A stretch of DNA of 64,000 bases from Macrostomum lignano (Eukaryota): contig NIVC01000109.1 in the NCBI GenBank assembly GCA_002269645.1, positions 793,670 through 857,669 on the forward strand, given 5' to 3'. Shown here in pieces: positions 1 to 32,500 of this stretch. A program made the position numbers and the translations under genes. Every line of letters begins with the position of its first letter. The stretch's first letter is position 1. The notes beneath the pieces are model-generated. The model ran no database searches and was not told where the DNA came from. It was given only the letters and a program-made list of their open reading frames with translations.

Positions 1-236
1 TAATCTATCAGTTCTATCTCTCACAGCCTATCCTAATCTATCAGTTCTATCTCTCACAGCCTATCCTAATCTATCAGTTCTATCTCTCACAGCCTATCCT
101 AATCTATCAGTTCTATCTCTCACAGCCTATCCTAATCTATCAGTTCTATCTCTCACAGCCTATCCTAATCTATCAGTTCTATCTCTCACTGTCTATCCTA
201 ATCTATCAGTTCTATCTCTCACTGCATATCCCAATC
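1..236. repeat. 33-bp minisatellite
   Basis: taatctatcagttctatctctcacagcctatcc x about 7. Confidence 0.95.
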
Positions 237-255
237 CATCAAACCTCAGTCGCAC

Positions 256-19589
<19,334 letters not shown>

Positions 19590-19820
19590 TAGAAGAGCAG
19601 GTAGAAGATGTTGAATTCTTTTGTTATGCTAATTCGCCGTTTATGGCTTGGTCCAGTTTGGCATGGATCGGTCTGAGATGGGGTGCTCAAGCTGCTGTGG
19701 CTTGAATTCGCTCGGTTAAGGAATTCCAGAGACTCTGGGGGGCCAACCCCCCCCCGAGCTGATATATTAATTACTGCTTGAGAGAGGTAGGGATGGGACC
19801 GGACCAGCATGCCGGGCGCT

Positions 19821-19844
19821 GATTGGCTGGGGCCAGCAGCCAAT
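19821..19844. promoter_or_regulatory. Possible promoter of anosmin-like gene (two opposed CCAAT boxes)
   Basis: ATTGG at 19822 and CCAAT at 19840, about 240 bp upstream of the ATG; position only. Confidence 0.25.
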
Positions 19845-20009
19845 GGCGCTGCTTAGACTGAAAATTTCATTCAATGCATCTGGAAAGTAATGAATTTCCA
19901 CTGCTAAATTCTAATCCTTCGCGTTTGCGTTCTTCTTGCTTTCGGATGGCGCTTCGGCGTACTGGCTTCTCCGCATGCTTCCTTTCGCATCTCGCGTCAT
20001 TGTTCTTTA

Positions 20010-20625
20010 ATATATCTCCATCTCTCCCACTTCCCTCCCTATCTTTCCTTAGTTCCCCTCTATCTCTCCCTCTTCCCTCCCTATCTCCCCTTAATTACCC
20101 TCTATCCCTCCCTCTTCCCTCCCTATCTCCCCTTAATTACCCTCTATCTCTCCTTAATTCTCCTCTATCTCTCCTTAATTCCCCTCTATCTCTCGTTAAT
20201 TCCCCTATATCTCTCCTTAATTCCCCTCTATCTCTCCCTCTTCCCCTCTATCTCTCCTTAATTCCCCTCTATCTCTCCCTCTTCCCCTCTATCTCTCCTT
20301 CTTCCCCTCTATCTCCCCTTAATTACCCTCTATCTTTCCTTAGTTCCCCTCTATCTCTCCCTCTTACCCTCTATCTTTCCCTCTTACCCTCTATCTCTCC
20401 TTCTTCCCCTCTATCTTTCCCTCTTACCCTCTATCTCTCCCTCTTACCCTCTATCTCTCCCTCTTACCCTCTATCTTTCCCTCTTACCCTCTATCTTTCC
20501 CTCTTACCCTCTATCTTTCCCTCTTACCCTCTTACCCTCTATCTCTCCCTCTTACCCTCTATCTCTCCCTCTTCCCCTCTATCTCTCCCTCTTACCCTCT
20601 ATCTCTCCCTCTTCCCCTCTATCTT
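20010..20625. repeat. CT-rich ~20-bp degenerate minisatellite
   Basis: cccctctatctctccctctt variants. Confidence 0.9.
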
Positions 20626-21084
20626 TTCCAAACCAGCTACGCTCCCCAGCGCCACAAAATTTTTAAGAAGACACGTCATCCAGTTTTTCAGTCCGACTGG
20701 CTTGCTTGCGGGAGGGGGTTGGTGGCGCCTCCTTGGAGCTCAGCACTTGTCAGTCAGTCAAGTTAATTCAAAGGGGTGTCAAGTCAGACACCCAGCATTC
20801 CCCCGTCTCCCCGCCTCACACCCTGCTAGTCAAGTCAGGTTGTCTAGCAGAGAGGCGGTCCAACAGTATTTTTAAAAAAATATTTCCCACAAGCCAATGC
20901 TGGTGGCTGATTCTCGGTGCGTGCTGCATTGAATTTTACTTTGCTACAGCCGCTCCCAACGTTTTTGCAATTCGCTGTCCATTGAAAAATGAAGCCAATT
21001 ATGGGGGTTGCCAACAGCACCGGAGAGAAGGGCTTAAAGAGGCCATTTTAACTTTAACAAAAGTTCAGCTTGAAATGAATTCAG

Positions 21085-21640
21085 GACCTGTGAATCTTAA
21101 TTCAGAACCTGTGAATCTCATTTAGAATCCGTGAATCTCATTAAGAGTCCGTGAATCTCATTTAGAGTCCGTGAATCTCATTTAGAGTCCGTGAATCTCA
21201 TTTAGAATCCGTGAATCTCATTTAGAGTCCGTGAATCTCATTTAGAATCCGTGAATCTCATTTAGAGTCCGTGAATCTCATTTAGAATCCGTGAATCTCA
21301 TTTAAAGTCCGTGAATCTCATTTAGAATCCGTGAATCTCATTTAGAGTCCGTGAATCTCTTTTAGAATCCGTGAATCTCATTAAGAGTCCTTGAATCTCA
21401 TTTAGAATCCGTGAATCTCATTTAGAATCCGTGAATCTCTTTTAGAATCCGTGAATCTCATTAAGAGTCCGTGAATCTCATTTAGAATCCGTGAATCTAA
21501 TTTAGAATCCGTGAATCTCATTTAGAATCCGTGAATCTAATTTAGAATCCGTGAATCTCATTTAGAATCCGTGAATCTAATTTAGAATCCGTGAATCTCA
21601 TTTAGAATCCGTGAATCTCATTTAGAATCCGTGAATCTCA
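21085..21640. repeat. 20-bp minisatellite
   Basis: tttagaatccgtgaatctca. Confidence 0.97.
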
Positions 21641-21939
21641 ACCCAACCACAAAGAGTCACTAAGCTGAACGTCAGAACCCCAACCCCAATCCCCAATCAA
21701 CCCAATTTTGTCGGCACAAAAAGAGCGCACGGTGCAGTCACCCCAGCAACAAAAACGAAAACAGGTCCGGGTGGAGTGGGTTGCAGCAGCAGGCAGCCTG
21801 CCCTGCCATTGTCACGGAGGTGTCAAGAGACTGCCGTTTTCAAAAGTTGAAGCCAAAGATTTTCTTCACATAAAGAAGCCTCTTATAGACCATGCCGCCA
21901 CTCCCGCGGGGTTCTGAGAACCGTTTGCCCTAAAGATAA

Positions 21940-23050
<1,111 letters not shown>

Positions 23051-23554
23051 GAACAGAATTGTCAGCAGGCATACAAGACTTCCAGGGGGCAGTAAGAGGA
23101 TCCTGGAAGCGGAGGCTGAGGATGCAGTTTCAAAGAAGGTGCCGCGACCTCTTCCCAGCGCTCAGCCTGGCGATCCCGAGGGGAAAGCTATTTGCAGCTG
23201 GCAAACTTCCCCCCTCCGGTAAGTGCGGCAGTGGACCTGGAAAAACTTTCAGCAGGGTCTGCAGGCAGCTCAGTCAAACAATTCACTGGCGCACCCAAGA
23301 CTCGCCGTCTCATTTCCCAATGATGAATTATTTATGAATTGGGGCTACCGCTGCAGGGGGGCTACTCAACAACAATGGACTGCGCTGAGTTTTGAGGAAT
23401 TCGGTGTCCACTGCTGCCTGCGTGTGGGCGACTGAGTGCACCTGCTGAGCGGGGCCTAAATCCAGAGCCTGCTGCTCGGTTTGCTGAGAATTGCCTAAAA
23501 TACCATGCGGTCTCAATTTCCTCATCTCTTCATTTTCACTACTGCCTTCTTTAT

Positions 23555-23800
23555 CCTGTCACTCCCAGCTTTAATCTGTCACTCCCATCTTTAATGTGTC
23601 ACTCCCAGCTTTAATCTGTCACTCCCATCTTTAATCTGTCACTCCCATCTTTAATCTGTCACTCCCAGCTTTAATCTGTCCCTCCCATCCCATTTTGCCT
23701 GTCACTCCCCTCCCATTTTGCCTGTCACTCCAATCCCATTTTGCCTGTCACTCCCATCCCATTTTGTACGTCACTCCAATCCCATTTTGCCTGTCACTCC
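23555..23800. repeat. 20-bp minisatellite and variants
   Basis: ttaatctgtcactcccagct / cccattttgcctgtcactcc. Confidence 0.85.
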
Positions 23801-24224
23801 CCTCCTCGATATCCATTTTATAATTTCTATCTTTTCTCTCCATTCCGACTGACCCTTCTATTTTCCCTTTCGCACCCCTGTCAGATCCCAAACGTTTTAA
23901 ATCTTCAATATCTTCGCTTTCACACGAATGCAACAGCAAGGTTTTAGCCATTTTTATCACCATGTCGGTCGCGAAAGCAAAGTGGCGGGCTTTTAGCCTC
24001 CCTGGTGCTTCACCACGGATCAGCAGATTGATGACTCACTCAGCCAGACTGGGGATAAATTCCTAAGATGCTCCCCTCAGGACTGCAGACCAGAGTTCCT
24101 TTTATATGGGCATTCTTTTTCCACTCGCGGTGTGAAACTGTGGAACCGCAGCTGTTGCCCGAGTCGCTTCAGGGCTGAGGATTGTATCGCCTTTACTTGG
24201 CCGCCTGCAGCTTGCACTGCTTCT

Positions 24225-24410
24225 GTGGCGCCGAGATGTTTAGTTTGTGGCGCCGAGATGTTTTAGTTTTTTGTGGCGCTGAGATGGTTAGTGTTTGGCG
24301 CCGAGATCTTTAGTTTTAGGCGCCGAGATGTTTAGTTTTAGGCGCCGAGATGTTTAGTTTTAGGCGCCGAGATGTTTAGTTTGCAGCGCCGTAATGTTTA
24401 GTTTGTGGCA
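24225..24410. repeat. ~21-bp array
   Basis: ggcgccgagatgtttagtttt. Confidence 0.85.
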
Positions 24411-24812
24411 CCACAATTTCAACTTCATTCCAAAGTCTAAAATGTCAGTTATTTAATTAAGAAAGTATTTCTCGTACCAGAAATTTTGAGCTACACTACT
24501 TAGAGTAGGCATGAAGTACTCGTAGCAGCTTGTCGTGCAAAAATGACAAAAATACTAATTATGGCATTTTTTGTATAAGTTAAAAATGTTGATTGAAACT
24601 GAGATTGCAGATGGAACATAACAGGTACTCAAACACAGTGGTGCGATCAGGGGCAGAGGTGAGTGAGGGGTGAACTCTGTGTTTGTAATTGTGAAACACT
24701 TGCTTTTTCCTACAGAGCTGGCGTTGCAAGCATCGACTGCGAATGTACTTTTGAGTACCAGCATAGAGCACCAAGTAGCTGCTAAATCGCTCTAAAGTCT
24801 TGGCATTCAGAA

Positions 24813-25360
24813 TCCTTAGCATCATCATCAGAATTCCCAGCATAATCATCAGAATTCCCAGCAGCATCTTCAGAATCCTCACAATCACTCACAGAATCCC
24901 CAGCATCATCATCAGAATACCCTAGCATCATCATCAGAATCCCCAGCATCATCATCAGAATACCCTAGCATCATCATCAGAATCCCCAGCATCATCATCA
25001 GAATTCCCTAGAATCATCATCAGAATACCCAAGCATCATCATCAGATGTCCCAGTAGCATCTTCAGAATCTCCAGCATCATCATCAGAATCCCCAGCATC
25101 ATCATCAGAATACCCAGCATCATCATCAGAATCCCCAGCATCACTCAGAATCCTCAGCATCACTCACAGAATCCTCAGCATCACTCACAGAATCCTCAGA
25201 ATCACTCACAGAATCCTCAGCATCACTCACAGAATCCTCAGCATCACTCGCAGAATCCTCAGCATCACTCACAGAATCCCCAGCATCACTCACAGAATCC
25301 TCAGCATCACTCACAGAATCCCCAGCATCACTCACAGAACCCTCACCATCACTCACAGAA
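24813..25360. repeat. 21-bp minisatellite (two sub-arrays)
   Basis: cagaatccccagcatcatcat then cagaatcctcagcatcactca. Confidence 0.92.
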
Positions 25361-25373
25361 TCCTTTCAAACCC

Positions 25374-26387
25374 TCAGGACTCAGCGGATGCCCCAGACTC
25401 ATTCTCCATCTCAGTCTCCCGCTGTCTACGCCGCCGTCGATCCTTCGTCAGCTGGTTGGCGTTGACCTCCTGCTGCTCTCCCAGCCCGTCATCTTCTCGT
25501 CCCTCTGTGCCCCCGCGAGCTGTGCGGACCTCCTCCGCGGTGGTCGGCACCACGAAGCTCATCGGCATGAGCAGCGGGGCGGATCGCCTCGGCGGCGGGC
25601 TCCGGGCTCCGCGCTGATGCTCAGCGCCCGGCTCCGACTGAATCGAACCCGACGGCGAACATGTCGACTTCGGCTCTGAAGCTGCCGCCGTCGCCGCCGT
25701 TCCCGCGTCGCCGAGAAGTCGAGTTTGAACAGCGGCCCGACGCCTTTGAAGTCCTTCAGGCCGAAGATCGCCAAGCCGAAGCTCCGGCCAGGTGGGATAT
25801 TTTCGGACCGGGGCTGCCGGCGCCGCCCCCGCCGAGGAGAAGCCGATCCAGGGCAGGCGGGTGCGCGACAGGTGCGAAGACACACTGCCGGCGGCTGCGG
25901 AATTCTCTGGTGACGAGTTCGAGCTGGAATCTGGGGCCAGGCTCAGCCGGATCTGGGGGAGTCGGCGGGACATGATCGGGTGATCTGCGGTGTGATCTGC
26001 TGTCTCAGCTGTCTCCGTGTGACCTGTCTCGGAGTGATCTGCGGTCTCGGAGTGATCTGCGGTCTCAGAGTGATCTGCTGTCTCCGAGTGGCCTGATGTC
26101 TCGGAGTGATCTGCTGGCTCGGAGTGATCTGCTGTCTCCGAGTGGCCTGATGTCTCGGAGTGATCTGCTGTCTCCGAGTGGCCTGATGTCTCGGAGTGAT
26201 CTGCTGTCTCCGAGTGGCCTGATGTCTCGGAGTGATCTGCTGGCTCGGAGTGATCTGCTGTCTCCGAGTGGCCTGATGTCTCGGAGTGACCTGCTGTCTC
26301 GGAGTGACCTGCTGTCCCGGAGTAATCTGCTGTGTCTTTGAGTAATCTGCTAGCTGTCTCGGAGTGATCTGCAGTCTGTGGTTCCAA
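25374..26387 (-). CDS. Orphan ORF/exon: ADHSET/SGHSET repeats followed by a unique Ala/Arg/Pro-rich region
   Basis: 337-codon GC-rich open frame. Non-repetitive part starts MSRRLPQIRLSLAP and includes RKYPTWPELRLGDLRPEGL. No family recognised. Confidence 0.4.
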   Translation of the reverse strand: MEPQTADHSETASRLLKDTADYSGTAGHSETAGHSETSGHSETADHSEPADHSETSGHSETADHSETSGHSETADHSETSGHSETADHSEPADHSETSGHSETADHSETADHSETADHSETGHTETAETADHTADHPIMSRRLPQIRLSLAPDSSSNSSPENSAAAGSVSSHLSRTRLPWIGFSSAGAAPAAPVRKYPTWPELRLGDLRPEGLQRRRAAVQTRLLGDAGTAATAAASEPKSTCSPSGSIQSEPGAEHQRGARSPPPRRSAPLLMPMSFVVPTTAEEVRTARGGTEGREDDGLGEQQEVNANQLTKDRRRRRQRETEMENESGASAES

Positions 26388-26716
26388 CTCAGTGTGCTCA
26401 GCCAGTTACCATCCCGGCAGAACCCAGTGTTCACCTAAACCAGATCCAGCCCTATGCGCTAGGCGGCAGACGCGGTGTGTCTTGTGCTGATCTTGGCGCA
26501 TGCAGAACCAGTTAGCGATCCTTTATTTTCTCATTCCATCCAACTGAAATATTCATCTGAACCCTGGCTGGGATTAGAGTAAAGTGGGGGCCGGAGAGCG
26601 GGCTGGTTGGCTGCCCAGAGTCAGGACAACGGGACCCACTACAGTTGAACCGCCACAGCGCGTGGGTGGGCAAGAGTGGAGACATGGAGGATTGCCGTAC
26701 TGTATGCACAGACCGT

Positions 26717-26926
26717 GAAAAATTCCCTGTTATACAACCGGTGCAGCTGGAGACAGAGGAAAACAACAGCCCGCATGCATGAACAGGGAAAAATTCCCTG
26801 TTATACAACCGGTGCAGCTGGAGACAGAGGAAAACAACAGCCCGCATGCATGAACAGGGAAAAATTCCCTGTTATACAACCGGTGCAGCTGGAGACAGAG
26901 GAAAACAACAGCCCGCATGCATGAAC
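26717..26926. repeat. 71-bp tandem repeat x3
   Basis: Unit starts at 26717, 26788, 26859. Confidence 0.95.
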
Positions 26927-26984
26927 TGAATCAAGCCCATTGGTACTCGTAAATTTTAAGCCCGAGATGCACTGCACTGATATC

Positions 26985-27705
26985 TAGAGACTAAAATTTG
27001 AATGCTGTAGACATCTAGAGAGTAGACTTTCAATGCTCTAGATATCTGGAGACTAGACTTTGAAAGCTGTAGACATCTAGAGACTAGACTTTATTCTATA
27101 GACATCTAGAGACTGGAGTTCAATCTGTAGACATCTAGAGACTGGACTTTAAGCTGTAGACATCTAGAGACTGGACTTTAATCTGTAGACATCTAGAGAC
27201 TGGACTTTGATCTGTAGACATCTAGAGACTGGACTTTGATCTGTAGACATCTAGAGACTGGACTTTGATCTGTAGACATCTAGAGACTGGACTTTGATCT
27301 GTAGACATCTAGAGACTGGACTTTGATCTGTAGACATCTAGAGACTGGACTTTGATCTGTAGACATCTAGGACGACTTTGAAAGCTGTAGACATCTAGGG
27401 ACTGGACTTTGAAAGCTGTAGACATCTAGAGACTAGACTTTGAATGCTGTAGACAGCTAGAGACTGGACTTTGAATTCTCTAGACATCTAGAGGCTGGAC
27501 TTTAAATGCTCTAGACATCTAGAGACTGGACTTTGAATTCTCTAGACATCTAGAGGCTGGACTTTAAATGCTCTAGACATCTAGAGACTGGACTTTGAAT
27601 GCTCTAGACATCTAGAGACTGGACTTTGAATGCTCTAGACATCTAGAGGCTGGACTTTAAATGCCCTAGACATCTAGAGACTGGACTTTGAATGCTCTAG
27701 ACAAT
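26985..27705. repeat. ~29-31-bp minisatellite with TCTAGA core
   Basis: tgtagacatctagagactggactttgatc variants. Confidence 0.92.
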
Positions 27706-28599
27706 CTATAGAACAAAACAGCTTGAATAGAAGAAATAAAATTAAAAAGCCGAGAAACGCAGATGCAATTTTGTTATTCGATAGAACAAATTATAAGCGC
27801 TCTCATTATTTATCATTATAAAGACTATTTTGTTGCACAATCGGTTTTTTAATTAAAATAGTGGCGGTTTTTCGCTCAACGCTAAAATTCCTTAGTCGCA
27901 AGATTTACAAAATCTTGGTAGCAGATTAATGCGGATAGTGAGAATACAATAATTTAAGGAGGATTTTTGCGCAACAATATCGCTGCAAATTATTATTGCA
28001 CTGCCATAGTACGAGTAATGTATAGGCGATTACGCAATTAATAAAAATTAGATAAATATTTGAATTAGTACTTTTAATCAACTGACGAGAAGGGGACGCT
28101 GAAGCCGATAGCGGATTAATAAACGATGCTAAAAGAACAACAGTTACTACTCTATATAACAGCAAGTAGTATGGCGTGCCTTAAGCGTCAATTTTTTTCA
28201 AGGAAAAATAAATTTTAAAAAACCCGCTTATTACTACTGACTTAGAATGAAACAATAGGAACGCAAAAGTAGTGCGTATTGAAAATAGCAATAATAAAAA
28301 CGCTTAGAAACAAAAAACTTTGGGTATCGCGCATATTGAATAGGGCCAGTGTTGAGAAATATTTATAAATCGCTTTCACAGAGAGACAGACACACTAATA
28401 TAATAGAGAGGATTAACAGAGAAGCAGACGATTTGCGTGTTTAAAAACGAAACTCTTCTGGACACGAAAAAACGACCGGAAAAAACGACAGAATTCTTAT
28501 AAAACACTTCAGTCAGGCTGCCAGAAAGCCGGATTGCCGAATCTATTTAATCTCTAGATTAGTCTTAAATGATGTACGGATTGCCCTAATATAATCTTT

Positions 28600-28765
28600 A
28601 GATTAACGTTAGAGGATATCTAGACTATCCGTAGATGATCTCTAGATGTACCTTGAATGATCTCTAGATGTACCCTTAGATGATCTCTAGATGTACCCTT
28701 AGATGATCTCTAGATTACCCTAAGATGGTCTCTAGATTACCCTTAGATGATCTCTAGATGATCTG
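28600..28765. repeat. ~23-bp degenerate array with TCTAGA core
   Basis: gatgatctctagatgtaccctta. Confidence 0.75.
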
Positions 28766-28815
28766 AAACCCCAACTCCCAAGCCACAGGTGAAAAGTTGC
28801 CAATCAATTGTTAAA

Positions 28816-29313
28816 TCAGTTGCGCCTCTTGCCGCCGCCTCCGTCACCGCCCATTGTCTTGGCGATGTCCACCCCAGCCATGCTGTTGACAATGCGCGGC
28901 AGGCGCTCCATGATGTCCATGACTTCGCCGGTGATCTTGGCGGCGCCCAGCTCCGAGCCTTTGCCGCCGTTGCTCACCATGGTGATCTTGTTGGCCCCGG
29001 CCAGCGGCTGGGCCACCTCGGCCGCGAGCTTCGGCAGAGTCTTCAGCACCAAATCCAGCTTGGCGGCTTCGCCGTACTCCTTCCAGGCGTCCGCCTTCTT
29101 GGCCATCTGCTCGGCCGTGGCCTTGGCCCTGGCCTCGATAGCGTAGGCTTCAGCCTCACCCTTCAGCTGGATTGACTCGGCCTCCGCCTGCGCCTCCAGC
29201 ACGATCTTCTGGTTCTCCGCCTCCGCAATCTTCTCCAGCCTGTAGCGCTCCGCCTCGGCCGGCTTGCGCACGCTGGCGTCCAGGTGGCGCTCCTTGCGGA
29301 CAATCTCCAGCTC
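28816..29313 (-). CDS. FLOT1: Flotillin-1 coding exon 4 (terminal)
   Basis: cccgcag|[22 protein letters not shown]...[17 protein letters not shown]...KRRN*. Confidence 0.95.
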   Translation of the reverse strand, partial: ELEIVRKERHLDASVRKPAEAERYRLEKIAEAENQKIVLEAQAEAESIQLKGEAEAYAIEARAKATAEQMAKKADAWKEYGEAAKLDLVLKTLPKLAAEVAQPLAGANKITMVSNGGKGSELGAAKITGEVMDIMERLPRIVNSMAGVDIAKTMGGDGGGGKRRN

Positions 29314-29346
29314 CTGCGGGCGGGTGCGGGACTGGCTGCCACTGTC

Positions 29347-29402
<56 letters not shown>

Positions 29403-29450
29403 TGTCTGTCTGTGTGTCTGTCTGTCTGTCTGTCTGTCTGACAGTCTGTG

Positions 29451-29533
<83 letters not shown>

Positions 29534-32500
29534 TTGTCTGTCTGACAGTCTGTCTGTCTGTCTGTCTGTCTGTCTGACAGTCTGTCTGTCTGTCTGTCTG
29601 TCTGTCTGACAGTCTGTCTTATTTAGCAGAGACAGGGGTCTGTGTGCACCCTGGCGCACTTTAAGCGACAATGTCGCACAACCGGCGAGAGGCATTACTG
29701 CCCGTTCCGCCGACTCCCCTGAGCAGGCACACAAGCGCGCGGATACGTACGCAGTCATACGCGCAGGCACACACTCACACAGGAGTGTACAGCGGCCCTA
29801 ACTTTATTTATCGTTAGGCATGTACACTTCACTGTGCCTTGGGGTTTGGCCTTCAAGGGCATTAATTGCACGAGCAGAGCCAAGCCGAGATTGCACGAGC
29901 AGAGCCAAGCCAATTTGCAGTGACTGCCTCACCTGCACATTGATCTGCTGAGTCCGCTCCACCACTTTGATCTGCATCTCCTCCTCCTTGATCTGCTGAC
30001 GAGTTTTGGCCGCCTGCAGCTCGTAGGCCAGATCGGACTCGGCCTTCTTAGCCTGCACCTCCTGATCGAAGGCGGCCTTCTTCAGCTCGTAGTCTCGCTG
30101 AGCCTTGGCGATCTCGATGTCGTTCTTGTACTTGGCGGCCATGCGCTCCTGCTCAGCCATGGCCTCCTTGATGCCCGACTCTTTCTGCGCCTCCGCCTCG
30201 CCGATGCGAGCATCTCGCTTCACCTGAGCAGTGCGGGACAGGCCGAGGGCTTTCAGGTAGCCTTCGTCGTCCTTGATGTCCTTCAGCGTGTAGGACACCA
30301 CGCTGATGCCCATGTTCACCAGGTCGGAGGAGGCCACCTGGGAAGAGGCAGTGGGCGGTTGCATTTTTAGTAGGAACATAGAAAGATATTCTTCCTGGGA
30401 ATAGAATCCTATTCTTCCTGGGAATAGAATCCTATTCTTCCTGGGAATAGAATCATATTCTTCCTTGGAATAGAATCCTATTCTTCCTGGGAATAGAATC
30501 CTATTCTTCCTGGGAATAGACTCCTATTCTTCCTGGGAATAGACTCATATTCTTCCTGGGAATAGACTCCTATTCTTTCTTGGAATAGAATCCTATTCTT
30601 CCTGGGAATAGAATCCTATTCTTCCTGGGAATAGAATTATATTCTTCCTGGGAATAGAATTATATTCATCCTGGGAATAGAATTATATTCTTCCTGGGAA
30701 TAGAATTATATTCTTCCTGGGAATAGAATTATATTCTTCCTGGGAATAGAATCCTATTCTTCCTGGGAATAGAATCATATTCTTACTGGGAATAGAATCC
30801 TATTCTTACTGGGAATAGAATCCTATTCTTCCTGGGAAAAGACTCGTATTCTTCCTGGGAATAGACTCCTATTCTTCCTGGGAATAGAATCCTATTCTTC
30901 CTGGGAATAGAAACCTATTCTTCCTGGGAATAGAATCCTATTCTTCCTGGGAATAGAATTATATTCTTCCTGGGAATAGAATTATATTCATCCTGGGAAT
31001 AGAATTATATTCTTCCTGGGAATAGAATTATATTCTTCCTGGGAATAGAATTATATTCTTCCTGGGAATAGAATTATATTCTTCCTGGGAATAGAGTTAT
31101 ATTATTCCTGGGAATATAATTATATTCTTCCTGGGAATAGAATTATATTCTTCCTGGGAATAAAATCATATTCTTCCTGGGAATAGAATCCTATTCTTCC
31201 TGGGAATAGACTCCTATTCTTCCTGGGAATAGACTCCTATTCTTCCTGGGAATAGAAACCTATTCTTCCTGGGAATAGAATCCTATTTTTCCTGGGAATA
31301 GAATTATATTCTTCCTGGGAATAGAATTATATTCTTCCTGGGAATAGAATTATATTCTTCCTGGGAATAGAATCCTATTCTTCCTGGAAATAAAATCATA
31401 TTCTTACTGGGAATAGAATCCTATTCTTACTGGGAATATAATCCTATTCTTCCTGGGAATAGAATCCTATTCTGCCTGGGAATATTAAAAAACAAACGCA
31501 TCTGGGACAATAGAATCAGTGCAGAATTACCTCGAACACACACTTGCTGAACTTTTTCCTGTCCTTATAGATCTCCTCCACAGTCATGTTACCCATGATG
31601 GCGCGCTGATGACCTTCAAGAGTTTCCCGAGAGATCTCCGTAATCTCGTGCTCACTCTTTCCTAGAAATTGTTCAGCTGCCGCGGCCAGCATCTCCTGAT
31701 TCTGGCCCTTGATGCGCAGCTGGGCAACACCCGTGACAGTCACTGGGACGCCGAGCTGGGTGTAGATTCTCGGCGACTCGATGGTGATGGTCATGGTGTT
31801 GAGAGAGAGGCGCTGGACCTGCTGAATGCCGGGAAGCACAAACTTCCTGCCGCCAGGGATGTACATTGGCTTGCTGTGGCAACAGCCTGGCGGTTATTTA
31901 GTGGTTGATAATTTGAGATTAGTAGTCCTTTCAACAAGTATTGTTTCTTATGTCTTTAATATACAAAAAATGATTATGTCCCTCGGCCCTCGGGTCCTTT
32001 GAAACTTCACGAAAGCAATGTCTATCTCTTCTCAGCTCTCGTCTCTCTAATATACTCCCTGCTCTTTCTCCTCTCCTTTTCGCTCCTCTCTAAACTCCTC
32101 TTCTCTCCTTTTCGCTCCTCTCTAAACTCCTCTTCTCTCCTTTTCGCTCCTCTCTAAACTCCTCTTCTCTCTTTTTCGCTCCTCTCTAAACTCCTCTCTC
32201 TCCTTTTCGCTCCTCTCTAAACTCCTCTTCTCTCCTTTTCGCTCCTCTCTAAACTCCTCTCTCTCCTTTTCGCTCCTCTCTAAACTCCTCTTCTCTCCTT
32301 TTCGCTCCTCTCTAAACTCCTCTTCTCTCCTCTCTCCTCTCCTTTTCGCTCCTGTTCTCTCCTCTTCGATTTCATCCTGCCTCTCATCTCTCTTCTCCTT
32401 TCTATCTCTATTCTCTCTATTCCCTCTCCTCTGGCCTGCAGTCATGCGCTAGGTTATCTATCTGGCCCTCTTGAGTTAGAAAAAAGTTGCTGACCCCTAA

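Noticed and set aside
26717-26926. CRISPR-like appearance of the 71-bp (and 52-bp, 45137-45343) arrays
   Set aside because: Units are contiguous with no unique spacers; eukaryotic context, no cas genes
27899-27917. Anticodon-like hairpin caagat-ttacaaa-atcttg suggesting a tRNA/NUMT
   Set aside because: No acceptor, D or T arms found; region is more simply flotillin 3' flank
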